Source: Candidatus Kerfeldbacteria bacterium
Lineage (GTDB): Bacteria > Patescibacteriota > Patescibacteriia > SBBC01
Assembly (NCBI GenBank): GCA_016204585.1
Contig: JACQKH010000007.1
Coordinates: 1-49,340, forward strand
Length of the DNA: 49,340 nt
Direction: 5' to 3'
Part shown: positions 27,015-36,060 of the stretch, in pieces
Layout: every line of letters begins with the position of its first letter
Position numbering within the stretch: position 1 is the stretch's first letter
Notes under the pieces: model-generated
The model's database searches: none
What the model saw: the letters and a program-made list of their open reading frames with translations, nothing else
What the model was told of the DNA's origin: nothing
Made by a program: the position numbers and the translations under genes

Positions 27015-27620
27015 TTAGGCCCTGGTGATGATTTTATCCACAATCCCGTACTTCCGCGCTTCTTCGGCGCTCATGAAGAAGTCGCGATCAGTGTCGTGTT
27101 CAATTGTTTTCAGCGGCTGGCTAGTGTGCTTGGCCAAAATCTGATTCAACCGCGCGTGAATTTTCAAAATATGCTCAGCCCGAATCTTAATGTCCGCCGC
27201 CTGGCCTTCCGCGCCGCCCATGATTTGGTGGAGCATAATCTCGCTGTTCGGTAGGGCGAACCGCTTGCTTTTAGTGCCGGCGGCCAGCAGCACCGCGGCC
27301 ATCGAGGAGGCGGTGCCGACGCAGATCGTTTGGATGTCCGGCTTGACGTACTGCATCGTATCGTAAATGGCCATACCGGCCGTAACCGAACCGCCGGGCG
27401 AGTTGACGTACAGCTTAATATCCTTGGTTTTGTCCTCGCTCTCTAAAAACAGCAGTTGCGCAATGATGATGTTTGCCAGATGGTCATGAATCACATCGCC
27501 CAAGAACACCACGCGGTCTTTCAAGAGCCGCGAGTAAATATCGTAGGCCCGCTCGCCATAGGTCGTCTTTTCCACGACCATCGGGATAAGGGTTTGGTTG
27601 CGGATTTCGTTAGTATTCAT
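27015..27620 (-). CDS. clpP: ATP-dependent Clp protease proteolytic subunit
   Basis: Motifs [34 protein letters not shown] and [13 protein letters not shown]. Confidence 0.97.
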   Translation of the reverse strand: MNTNEIRNQTLIPMVVEKTTYGERAYDIYSRLLKDRVVFLGDVIHDHLANIIIAQLLFLESEDKTKDIKLYVNSPGGSVTAGMAIYDTMQYVKPDIQTICVGTASSMAAVLLAAGTKSKRFALPNSEIMLHQIMGGAEGQAADIKIRAEHILKIHARLNQILAKHTSQPLKTIEHDTDRDFFMSAEEARKYGIVDKIITRA

Positions 27621-27778
27621 CCCGTAAGTCCCGTTAGACGGTTAAAAAACTGAAGATTTACGCCTGTCCCACTATTGGGCCCAACCATAGCGCCATCTAA
27701 CGGGATTAGAAAGTTAGTATGCAAAGTTGATAATGTTGACTACTAATCCGCGTTAATTGAAGGACTTTCTAACGGGAT
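27619..27778. repeat. Self-nested CCCGTTAGA...TCTAACGGG palindromic elements
   Basis: Inner arms at 27629-27641 and 27693-27705. The outer right arm ACTTTCTAACGGGAT (27764-27778) matches a split left arm, ATCCCGT (27619-27625) plus TAGAAAGT (27707-27714). Confidence 0.75.
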
Positions 27779-27884
27779 CATAGCCACATCAGTATACGTA
27801 AACCTTCAACATAAAACAAGTGGCGGACCGGGCTTTACGAAGACCTTTTGTTATGGTACAATGACAATATAAACCAAAACGCAA

Positions 27885-28634
27885 ATGAGGACATTAATTC
27901 AAAGGCTCACCAAGATCGGAGTGAGCGAGTTCGTGTTGATTTTCCTCCTGGTCTTGGCGATGGGCGGAGTATTCGCGCTGATGTCGACTAACGTCAATTT
28001 CCAGGTAACGATCCTCCCGCCACCGCCGCCGACCATCACCACAATACTCGGCGACCCCCAGACGCGGGCGGTGCTGGTCATCGGCACCTCACTGCCTAAC
28101 GCCACGGTTCGCGTGTACGCATTTAGCGATCCGATCTTCGTCGAGACAAAGGCCGACGCCGAAGGCGCCTTCCTGGCCGCATTTACCGAGGATGTCCTGG
28201 CACCAGGCACTCACAATTTTTCAGCGGTGACGGTTCTGCCGCAGCAACAAACCACCGATCCGACTCCGAAAGTCGGCGTCACGGTGGCGGCTGATTACAA
28301 GGTCGAACCGGCGGCCGGAAGCGCCGCGCCGACGGTAAAAATCGGAAACGCCGACGCGGCCACGAGCTCACTCATCCGAACCATCATTCGGAACCAAGAA
28401 AGCGCTAAAGCCGTGGCTCCGGACGACGTTCCACCGCCGGATAGAAAGGCGAATCGCGCGCTCATAATTCAAATCGGCTTGTTCGCCGTGATTGCCCTAG
28501 AAACACTGCTCCTTCTGATGCAGCGCGCTCGCAGAAAAGCGCAGGCTGGTCAAAGTTTTTTTCACCTCGGTCGCGGCCTCTACCGTCTGCCGCATTCCCG
28601 CGACGCCACCGCCGGACATCTTCCGAACGGCTAA
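27885..28634 (+). CDS. Membrane protein with an Ig-like (Big-type) domain between two TM segments
   Basis: N-terminal TM, then GTSLPNATV.V...ADAEGAF...L.PGTH.F, then a C-terminal TM followed by basic residues. Confidence 0.7.
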   Translation: MRTLIQRLTKIGVSEFVLIFLLVLAMGGVFALMSTNVNFQVTILPPPPPTITTILGDPQTRAVLVIGTSLPNATVRVYAFSDPIFVETKADAEGAFLAAFTEDVLAPGTHNFSAVTVLPQQQTTDPTPKVGVTVAADYKVEPAAGSAAPTVKIGNADAATSSLIRTIIRNQESAKAVAPDDVPPPDRKANRALIIQIGLFAVIALETLLLLMQRARRKAQAGQSFFHLGRGLYRLPHSRDATAGHLPNG

Positions 28635-28647
28635 GTGCCGGATGATC

Positions 28648-29031
28648 TCACGACCGTAGCTTTGTCCGAACGAAGGTACCAAACATAACCGCCAAGGTCA
28701 CCGCTACGATAGTGACGATGATGACGCCGACCGTGAACTGGGCGGCCCGCTTGAATTTGGCATAGGAATCGAGGTAGGTGTCGCCGCGCCGGCGAGCATA
28801 GCGAGGAAATGTCGCTTGCGGGGCACCGGTCAGGTACAGCGGCACGCTCACCAGGTTGACTATCAGGCCGAGGATCACCTGAAGCGCCCATAGGAACGGA
28901 ATCATCGCCAAATGCGAGACCGTCGGTTGAGCGGCGGCGTGCCGGCGTTCAACCACCAGGCGGTCATAAACATCGAGTAAGATCCAGCGAATCTGGCGTA
29001 AGCGGGAATGGACTTGGAGTTCGTCAGTCAT
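28648..29031 (-). CDS. Small membrane protein homologous to the N-terminus of 44982-48782
   Basis: Starts 3 nt after the upstream stop. Shares IP...VS(V/I)PL.L...PQ..F...ARR.G..YLDSY. Confidence 0.75.
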   Translation of the reverse strand: MTDELQVHSRLRQIRWILLDVYDRLVVERRHAAAQPTVSHLAMIPFLWALQVILGLIVNLVSVPLYLTGAPQATFPRYARRRGDTYLDSYAKFKRAAQFTVGVIIVTIVAVTLAVMFGTFVRTKLRS

Positions 29032-29034
29032 GAT

Positions 29035-32000
29035 TTAACTCGCCACCACGCTGACGACCATGTTGATGTCGTAGTCGCTGGCCACCGGCTGCTCTTTCGG
29101 AACGGTTTGCGAGATGCTGACGTTGGTTAAATCCCAGTAGCAGTTGGTGCCCGCGCTCGCGCCGGCCGTGAGCAGCGTTACCGAATTTGTCACGCCTTCG
29201 TTGAAGGCAGTAGATGACCCGAGTGTTAAGCCGGTGGTGTTACAGCCGGACTGGGGCGTAATGGTGGCGCCGGATGGATTGACGGTCATCTGGCCGCCGA
29301 CCGTGTCCGTGTCCCCGCCGTCGCCGGCATTGGCGGTCGGGTCGTTGAAGTCGTAGTCAGTGCCGACGCTGTCCCAGACCGCCGTCGTAGCCGAGGCGGC
29401 GACGCTTAAGGTCCAGGTCGCCGTGGCCGTGGTGTTGGTGACCCGGACTTTTTGCGATGAAACACCAAAGGTGCCGGTCGAGGTTTGGACCGTAAAAGCC
29501 AACGACAAAGTACTCATCACCATCGAGGGGCTGGCGACCGAGGCGCCGCCGCTGTCAACGATGTCGACGGTTAAGCTTCCGCCGCCTCCGACCGCCGATT
29601 CGCTCCACTCGAACAAAAACCGGAATCGAACGAGCGCGTCACCGGCTGTAGCTTCCTGGTAGAGGGCGAGACCTTCGCCGGGTTTGAGAATCAGTTCGTC
29701 GCCGAAAACGATTTCACTGTCATAATCGCCGCTGGCTTGGTTGACAACGCCCGGCACGGTCACGCCGAGCAGGCGGGAGTCGGTCACGCCGGCTAAGGTG
29801 ACCGTCACGTTCGTATGCCTGATTTCGGCGGTGGTATCCGAAGTACCAGAATGTTTCTTCGGGATGTTGGCGGCGGTGACCTGCGTGCCGGCGGAAGCGG
29901 CGGTCGTACGTCTGATGGTGACCGGAATATAGCCGGGCGCGGTCAGCGTCCCGCTGCGGTTAGCTTTGATACCAACTCGTTTGACGACGTAATTCTTGGA
30001 TGAGCCGGATGGATTGAACAGTGAGGTATAGACGTAATTGGCGCTGGTCGAACCGTTGACCGGGCCGGTCGTCATCATGAATTCTCCTTCGGATGCGGGC
30101 GTGCTGCCGGATGCGACTTCCTGCCACTCGATCAGCAGCTTGACCCGGAAGTCAGCGTCTCCAGCCGAAGTATCGTGATAGAGGCCTATACCTTCGCCGG
30201 GCTGCAAGATGATTTGCTCATCGTTCTTGTACAGCTGTTCAACGTAGCCGGTCACGGCCGGAGCAATGGCCGAGCCGACCGCGCCCGGCGTTTGCAGGCC
30301 GAGCAGTTTCGAATCGGCCGTACCGGCATAGGTGGCGGTCACACCGGTTCGCCTGATTTCCATAGCGCTGTTGGCCGTGCCCGTGTGTTTTTTCGGTACG
30401 TTGGCCGCGCTGATGAGCGTGCCCGACGAAGCTGCGCTGATTCGGCGCAGCTGCATCGGGATATAGACTGCGGCCGCGATCGTATCCACCCGGATGCTGA
30501 CGCGTTTGACCACCGCAGTTTTTCCGGAGGCAGCCGGATTGAAGAGGGTGGCGTAGTTGTAGCTGGTGGCCGTGCTGCCGTTGATCGGTCCGATATCAGC
30601 CAGGTACTCGCCGGCCGAAGACGGGGCCGAAGCTTCCTCATCCCATTCAATTAACATTTTTACGTACTGGTCAACGTCGCCGGCCAGGACGTCAAGGTAG
30701 AACCCAATGCCTTCGCCCGGCTGCAAAACCAGTTTTTCATTGTCGCTAAAAGCAATCTCCCGCTGGCCGATGATCTGGCCAACCGCGCCCGGGCCGTTGA
30801 CTTGAAGCAGATCCGAATCGGTGGTGCCGGCATACGTGGCAGAAATTGCCGTGCCGCAGGTCGCCCCGCACCAACGCACTTCGGTCACGGCATTGGCCGT
30901 GCCCGTATGTTTTTTGGGCAGGTCGCTGGCGGTAATGAGCGTTCCGCCGGAAGCCGCAGTGACGCGCCGGAGATTGAAGGCCGAATACGTGGCGGCCCCG
31001 TCGGCATTGTTGCGGATAGCAATTCGCTTAACCACGGCGGTTTTGCCTGAAGCTGACGGATTGAAGAACGTGAAAAAATTCGTGTTGAGCGCGGCCGCGA
31101 CTTCCACCCGTGATGAAGCCCACAGGTATTCACCTTGCGACGCCGGCGTGCTGCCGGACGCGACTTCTTGCCATTCGACGATCATCCGGTTGAGCTGGTT
31201 GGCATCGCCGGTCGCATCGGACATCAGGGCGATTCCTTGACCGGCCTGCAAAATAAGCTGCTCATCGTTGGCTTCGAAATTCAGTGTCATCCAGCCGTGC
31301 GGCTGCCCAGCCACCGCACAGGGGGTGACGATGCCAAGACGGGCGTCCGATCCGCCAACGGCCGTGACGGTCACGCCGGTATGCCGGAACTCCATGACGC
31401 TGTTGGCGCTGCCAGTGTGTTTTTTGGGTACGTTGGAAGCGGTGATGGCCGTGCCGGCCGAGGCGGCGCTGGTTCTCCGCAGCACGATATTATTGGTGTA
31501 GACCGCCGCCGCGTCGCAGGTTTCACTGCCAAACCATATTCTTTTGACGATCGCAGTTTTACCCGAGGCGGCCGGATTGAAAAAGGAATTGTATACGTAA
31601 TTGGCGGCCGCGGCGTTCCCAACGCGAGGAAAGGCAAACAGGAATTCGGTTTGGGCCGACGGCGCGCTCGCGACTTCTTCCCATTCGACGTAGACACGAA
31701 TCCGCTGGTCAGCGTCGCCGGCTGCTTCTTGATAGACGGCGATGCCTTCACCTGGCTGCAGCACAATGTTTTCGTCGCTGCTGCCGAAAGTAATATCCCG
31801 AATGCTGTGGAATTGCCCGGCCGCGCCGGGCATGGCCTGGCCCATGATTCTTGAGTCAGTGACGCCGGCCAACGTGACGGTCGCGCCGGTGTGCCGGACT
31901 TCGGTGACGGCATTGGAAGAGTCATTGTGTTTTTTTGGGATATTGGCGGCGGTAATTTGGGTACCGGCTGACGCCGCCGTGGTACGCCGGACGCTCAAGT

Positions 32001-32385
32001 TCACGTAGGTGGCAGCGGCGACGGCATTAGCCCGTACGGCGATTCGCTTAATGACCGCCGTTCGTCCGGACCCCGACGGATTGAAGAACGAAGCGTACAC
32101 GTAGTTGGCGCTGGTCGAACCGTTAACCGGTCCGATGTCCACGGCATATTCCAACTCGTTCGAGTCTAAGGCCGCCTGGGCTTCTCGGATTCCGAATCGG
32201 AAGTTGTCGACGACCTTCGGGTTCTGCTTGGCCAGGAAGATTTTGTCGACGACTCCGCCTCCGCGCTTGGCTCGGCCGTCCTTGAACGTCAACGCCAGCG
32301 AGACCGGATCCAAGCCGGTGGCCAGAAGCGAAACAGTCAGCAGCCCGACCGCGGCTGTTCTAGCGAGCCTGCGCCACATACTCAT
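29035..32385 (-). CDS. Large secreted protein with five ~170-aa repeats and a C-terminal WxL-like domain (putative adhesin)
   Basis: Five units of FNP(S/A)xSxK..VVKR...RR..AASAGT...PKKH...E.R...L.PGEG(I/L)...EW.E. The C-terminal domain (SLTVDIVD...DYDFND...YDINMVVSVVAS) closely resembles 35234-35935. Confidence 0.85.
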   Translation of the reverse strand: MSMWRRLARTAAVGLLTVSLLATGLDPVSLALTFKDGRAKRGGGVVDKIFLAKQNPKVVDNFRFGIREAQAALDSNELEYAVDIGPVNGSTSANYVYASFFNPSGSGRTAVIKRIAVRANAVAAATYVNLSVRRTTAASAGTQITAANIPKKHNDSSNAVTEVRHTGATVTLAGVTDSRIMGQAMPGAAGQFHSIRDITFGSSDENIVLQPGEGIAVYQEAAGDADQRIRVYVEWEEVASAPSAQTEFLFAFPRVGNAAAANYVYNSFFNPAASGKTAIVKRIWFGSETCDAAAVYTNNIVLRRTSAASAGTAITASNVPKKHTGSANSVMEFRHTGVTVTAVGGSDARLGIVTPCAVAGQPHGWMTLNFEANDEQLILQAGQGIALMSDATGDANQLNRMIVEWQEVASGSTPASQGEYLWASSRVEVAAALNTNFFTFFNPSASGKTAVVKRIAIRNNADGAATYSAFNLRRVTAASGGTLITASDLPKKHTGTANAVTEVRWCGATCGTAISATYAGTTDSDLLQVNGPGAVGQIIGQREIAFSDNEKLVLQPGEGIGFYLDVLAGDVDQYVKMLIEWDEEASAPSSAGEYLADIGPINGSTATSYNYATLFNPAASGKTAVVKRVSIRVDTIAAAVYIPMQLRRISAASSGTLISAANVPKKHTGTANSAMEIRRTGVTATYAGTADSKLLGLQTPGAVGSAIAPAVTGYVEQLYKNDEQIILQPGEGIGLYHDTSAGDADFRVKLLIEWQEVASGSTPASEGEFMMTTGPVNGSTSANYVYTSLFNPSGSSKNYVVKRVGIKANRSGTLTAPGYIPVTIRRTTAASAGTQVTAANIPKKHSGTSDTTAEIRHTNVTVTLAGVTDSRLLGVTVPGVVNQASGDYDSEIVFGDELILKPGEGLALYQEATAGDALVRFRFLFEWSESAVGGGGSLTVDIVDSGGASVASPSMVMSTLSLAFTVQTSTGTFGVSSQKVRVTNTTATATWTLSVAASATTAVWDSVGTDYDFNDPTANAGDGGDTDTVGGQMTVNPSGATITPQSGCNTTGLTLGSSTAFNEGVTNSVTLLTAGASAGTNCYWDLTNVSISQTVPKEQPVASDYDINMVVSVVAS

Positions 32386-33364
32386 AAATTTCTTTGGCGA
32401 TGTCGGTGAACAAACGGTTGACCGCTGCCTGGCCGTCAGCAGCATCGCCTTTTTGCTGGATCATGACGGTCAGCATGTACGGCCGGCCGGGCAGGTAGAC
32501 GATGCCGGAGTCGGCCCAAACTCGTTCGTCAATTCGGATACCGGTTTTATGGACAAAAACCACGTCGGACGGAAGACCGGCACTGAGATCTTCGCGCGAC
32601 GCGTCTTTCAAAATGTTCAGGAATACATTGGAATATTCGGGGGTCAGGTAGGTGGCATTGTAGAGCGAACGGAAAAAGATTGAATAACGCTTGGCCGTGA
32701 TCCGGTTGTCCGCTTCGGCGCCTTTGGGCGTTTGCTTGAGCGCGTCGATGATGTCGTCCATGCCGAGGTGCGTGTAAACATCCTCCAGTTCGCTGCCGTC
32801 GAGATTGCGCAGTAGCACGAAGTGGGCGGTGTTGTCGGAGTTGACGAGCGATTCGCGTAAAAACTCCTCAATCGTCATGGTCGTGCCGGTGGGTTGTTTG
32901 TAGAGTTCGCCGAACTCGCTGTCTTTGTCATCGTCGAGGATGACCAGCTGGTTGTCCAGTTTCCAGGCGTTGGTATCGACTTTTTTCATGGCCGCCATGG
33001 CCACCGGGATTTTAATCAAGCTGGCCGGCCAGATTTTTTCGTCCTTGTTGATTGAGACGTTGGCGCCGGTCGGCAGGTATTCGAAGTACAGCGAGACCAG
33101 GTAGTCGTCGCGCCGCTCGTACTTTTCGGTCAAGCGGTCCCGCAGCGACTGAAAGTTGACGAGCAGGTCCTTTTTTTCGATCAAGGCGGCGCTCGGATTC
33201 AACAGGGAATACTGGCTTTGAGAACCGACCGGGCCCGACTTTCGGTTCGGTACGTAGACAGTATAGGTGAGTATGAGCGCTGCGACGGCCAACCCCAGCC
33301 AGAGTTGGTACGCTCGCAGCGTTTTCTTGCTCGCCCCGTTAAGTTGGTTGGAATTGTCGTTCAT
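32360..33364 (-). CDS. Class A beta-lactamase-like serine hydrolase, membrane anchored
   Basis: SxxK (PASLIK), SDN and HKTG motifs, with an N-terminal TM. Confidence 0.88.
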   Translation of the reverse strand: MNDNSNQLNGASKKTLRAYQLWLGLAVAALILTYTVYVPNRKSGPVGSQSQYSLLNPSAALIEKKDLLVNFQSLRDRLTEKYERRDDYLVSLYFEYLPTGANVSINKDEKIWPASLIKIPVAMAAMKKVDTNAWKLDNQLVILDDDKDSEFGELYKQPTGTTMTIEEFLRESLVNSDNTAHFVLLRNLDGSELEDVYTHLGMDDIIDALKQTPKGAEADNRITAKRYSIFFRSLYNATYLTPEYSNVFLNILKDASREDLSAGLPSDVVFVHKTGIRIDERVWADSGIVYLPGRPYMLTVMIQQKGDAADGQAAVNRLFTDIAKEIYEYVAQAR

Positions 33365-33366
33365 GG

Positions 33367-33683
33367 TCAGACTGAGATCTGTGACGTTACTTCTTCCCAC
33401 GAGCCGTCAATTGACTGTTTAATGCTGACATCGCTGATGGTAAACGGTGCCGGGCGCCGGCGGCCACGGTGCTGCCCTCGCTGCCGAAAACACCGCTGGC
33501 CCAATCGCGGGTGCGAGGCGTGGTCACCGTACCTTCGCCGTAGACGATTTTACCGTCGCCTTGGGCCAGCGCCTGGGCGGGCGAGGGCAAGAGCAAGACG
33601 GGGAGGATCAATGACCACTGGCTGATCAGCGCCAATCCCGCGACCACAGATGCCGGGAACCGAATCGCGGAACGGCGCGCCAT
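33367..33683 (-). pseudogene. Internally deleted or frameshifted secreted-protein gene
   Basis: AAGGAG SD, ATG 33683, signal peptide and GDGKIVYGEGTVTTPRTRDW. After about 33453 a different frame reads FTISDVSIKQSIDGSWEEVTSQISV-TGA, ending 2 nt before the next ATG. Confidence 0.55.
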
Positions 33684-33694
33684 AAACAGACTCC

Positions 33695-35098
33695 TTAAGC
33701 GGTAATTCGAGGCGGTTGGGGCCGGCTCCCTGGCGGTGACAGAAGCGACACGCCCGCAGTCAGCTGGTACGGCGCAGCTAAACGGTTGACCCTGGCCAGC
33801 AGTTTCCATGAAACACCCCAGCGTTTGGCCAGCTCTTGGATGGTATCGCCAGTTTCCACGCGGTACCGCACCCAGGTCGCGCTAATGAGCTGACGGCGTT
33901 TGCGCGCGAGCATAGTGAGACCGACCAACAGCAGGAGCAGCAACAGCGCCGCGGCCATGATGATGAGCGCCGATCTGGTCGGCCAGAGGAAAAAGCGGAC
34001 CGTCGGTCCGGTTAGGGTGGTTAAGCTGGCGTTCGCTCCCGGGCCACTGCCTGTATCCGGATTGTATGCCACGGTCAGCGCGGTGGTGTACCATCCGCCC
34101 CAGAACGTTTGCGGAAATTCGAAGTTCCAGGCGCTGGTCTGTCCGCGGAGGATGGTGTACTGGCCGCCGTGGCGCATGGCCGTCCGACCGAACAAATTTT
34201 TTGTGACCACGGCAACCTCGGCGTCGACCGACACGTTGCCTTCATTGCGCACGCTCGGACGAAGGACTTTGCCGCCGGGCGTTCTCGGCCGAACCTCGAA
34301 ACCGGCAATGGCGAGCTGGCGAACTATGTCGCCGGGGACGGTCACCGCCACGCGCAGACCGGTTCTGGTAGAAATGAGAACTCCCTCGCCACCGGCGACC
34401 GGCGGCTTCTTTTCCTGGATGAGCAGACAGCCGTCGTGCTCGCCGACTCCGGCAGTCCCGGGGACCGCCAGCCGGAACGGCACCAGGATTTTCGTCTGGG
34501 GAGCCAGCGTCAAGGCAACCGGCTGGAGCGGATCGTAACCGCTAACAATCTCTTGCTGATCAGTGAAACCGTCGCCGTCTGTATCGACCAGCTTTGGATT
34601 CGTCCCGCGCTGCGCTTCATCAGTCGCGGTCAGGCCATCGCCATCTTCGTCCGAGTCGTCTGTCGGGGTTGTCGTTGGTGGCGTGAAAAAACTGTCGGCG
34701 GTAACTTCGGGCGGCAGCGTCGCTCCGGCCTCAAGCGCTGGCTGAGGTTGACCCAAGGTAATCCACGCGCCAGCGTCTTTCTTGGTTGCCGAGGCTCCCT
34801 GATTTGAGGCGGACAATTGCTCGCAAGCAAACCCGCCGTCGCTCGACGGCGTGGCGTCAGCCGAATACACCCAGACTGTTTTTGTTTGGTCGGTCGTGTT
34901 GATGACGAACATTCCATCAGCCACGGTTTGCCCCGGCTCAACAGTGTAAACGAAGATATCGTTGGTTCGGGGATTATCAGGCCGCGGAAAGGCCGGCCGG
35001 CCGCCGAGGCCGCCGTAAGAAATTGCGACGGCCGGCAGGGCGGCGAGGAGCGTCGCCAGTGCAGCCACGACGGAAACCAGAAGCCGAGAAAAGCTCAT
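33695..35098 (-). CDS. DUF916/DUF3324-like (WxL-interacting) protein with Ca-binding DxDGDG repeats, C-terminal TM and LysM
   Basis: Signal peptide, F.Y..EPG...D...N, VPF...VP..A..GEHDG.L, TRTGLRV, NEGNV, DEDGDGL/DTDGDGF, TM plus RKRR, and LysM YRVETGDTIQELAKRWGVSWKLLARVN. Confidence 0.78.
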   Translation of the reverse strand: MSFSRLLVSVVAALATLLAALPAVAISYGGLGGRPAFPRPDNPRTNDIFVYTVEPGQTVADGMFVINTTDQTKTVWVYSADATPSSDGGFACEQLSASNQGASATKKDAGAWITLGQPQPALEAGATLPPEVTADSFFTPPTTTPTDDSDEDGDGLTATDEAQRGTNPKLVDTDGDGFTDQQEIVSGYDPLQPVALTLAPQTKILVPFRLAVPGTAGVGEHDGCLLIQEKKPPVAGGEGVLISTRTGLRVAVTVPGDIVRQLAIAGFEVRPRTPGGKVLRPSVRNEGNVSVDAEVAVVTKNLFGRTAMRHGGQYTILRGQTSAWNFEFPQTFWGGWYTTALTVAYNPDTGSGPGANASLTTLTGPTVRFFLWPTRSALIIMAAALLLLLLLVGLTMLARKRRQLISATWVRYRVETGDTIQELAKRWGVSWKLLARVNRLAAPYQLTAGVSLLSPPGSRPQPPRITA

Positions 35099-35169
35099 AT
35101 CACTGGTGGTGTTTGTGTATTAAAACTGCTGGTTCAAGTATACCAGGAGTTAAACCGGTTACCAAGCGA

Positions 35170-35210
35170 CAAAAATCTCCGATCTCCCCGCATAGGCGGG
35201 GACGGGATCA
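35170..35210 (-). terminator. Terminator after the WxL-like gene
   Basis: Minus-strand GATCCCGTCCCCGC-CTAT-GCGGGGAGATC followed by GGAGATTTTTG. Confidence 0.5.
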
Positions 35211-35233
35211 GTGGTAACGAGGAATGTTGTAGC

Positions 35234-35935
35234 TTAGGAGGCGACGACTGACAACACCATGTTGATGTCGTAGTCCGAAGCGGCTGGCTGCTCTTCCGGA
35301 ATCTTCTGGCTGACCGACACGCCGGTTAATTTCCAGTCGCCGATGTCGTTCGAGGCGGCGGCGGCGGTCAGAACCGTGATGCTGTTGGTGGTGCCCTCAA
35401 GGAACGCGGTCGACGAGCCTTTGGTAATGTTGGTGGTGACGCAGGAGTTACACTGACCGGTTGCCAGCGTGCCGACTGACGGATCAACGGTCATCTGCCC
35501 GCCGAGCGTGTCGGTGTCGGCGCCGTCAGTACAACCCGAGCCGCCATTATCGTTGAAGTCGTAGTCCGTGCCGGCGCTGTCCCAAATGGCGGTGGTGGCG
35601 GAAGCGGCCAGCGAGGCGGTCCAGCCGTTGTCCGCCGCATCCGGGTTGGAGACGTAAATGTTCTGCGAGGCCGAGCCGAACGTGCCGGTGATGGTCTGAC
35701 AGGTAAAGCTGAAGGTGGCCGTTGACATCGTTACGGACGGACTGCCGACCGTTACATACGAGCCGTCAACAATATCAATCGCCAAGGAACCGGCATTGAT
35801 GGTCTGCTGGAAGTTCGAAGTGGAGCTGGCGTAGACGTAGGTGCCGGCGCCGCTCACCAATACCAAAATTCCCACGATCGCGATGACCGCGCGGAGGTTC
35901 AGTTTCCAAAGGAGCGCGTGGGTGAACTTACTCAT
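35234..35935 (-). CDS. Secreted WxL-like / pilin-like protein
   Basis: Signal peptide, SSTSNFQQTINAGSLAIDIVD, GWTASLAA (WxL-like) and C-terminal YDINMVLSVVAS. Confidence 0.75.
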   Translation of the reverse strand: MSKFTHALLWKLNLRAVIAIVGILVLVSGAGTYVYASSTSNFQQTINAGSLAIDIVDGSYVTVGSPSVTMSTATFSFTCQTITGTFGSASQNIYVSNPDAADNGWTASLAASATTAIWDSAGTDYDFNDNGGSGCTDGADTDTLGGQMTVDPSVGTLATGQCNSCVTTNITKGSSTAFLEGTTNSITVLTAAAASNDIGDWKLTGVSVSQKIPEEQPAASDYDINMVLSVVAS

Positions 35936-35993
35936 GGTTTTTGTTTGTAATGATACTCTTGGCAAAAGCCGGTTTTCAGCGTTTCTAAAGGCC

Positions 35994-36022
35994 AGTATAG
36001 CACAAAAAATAAGCCTTGTCAA
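35994..36022 (-). promoter_or_regulatory. Sigma70-like promoter
   Basis: Minus strand TTGACA-17 bp-TATACT upstream of ATG 35935. Confidence 0.7.
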
Positions 36023-36060
36023 CGATTTTTTGGTCGTTTTTTTGCTTGTTCTCGGCACGG

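Noticed and set aside
29590..32155. Diversity-generating retroelement template/variable repeats
   Set aside because: The repeats are in-frame protein-domain duplications without adenine-specific differences, and there is no reverse transcriptase in the window.
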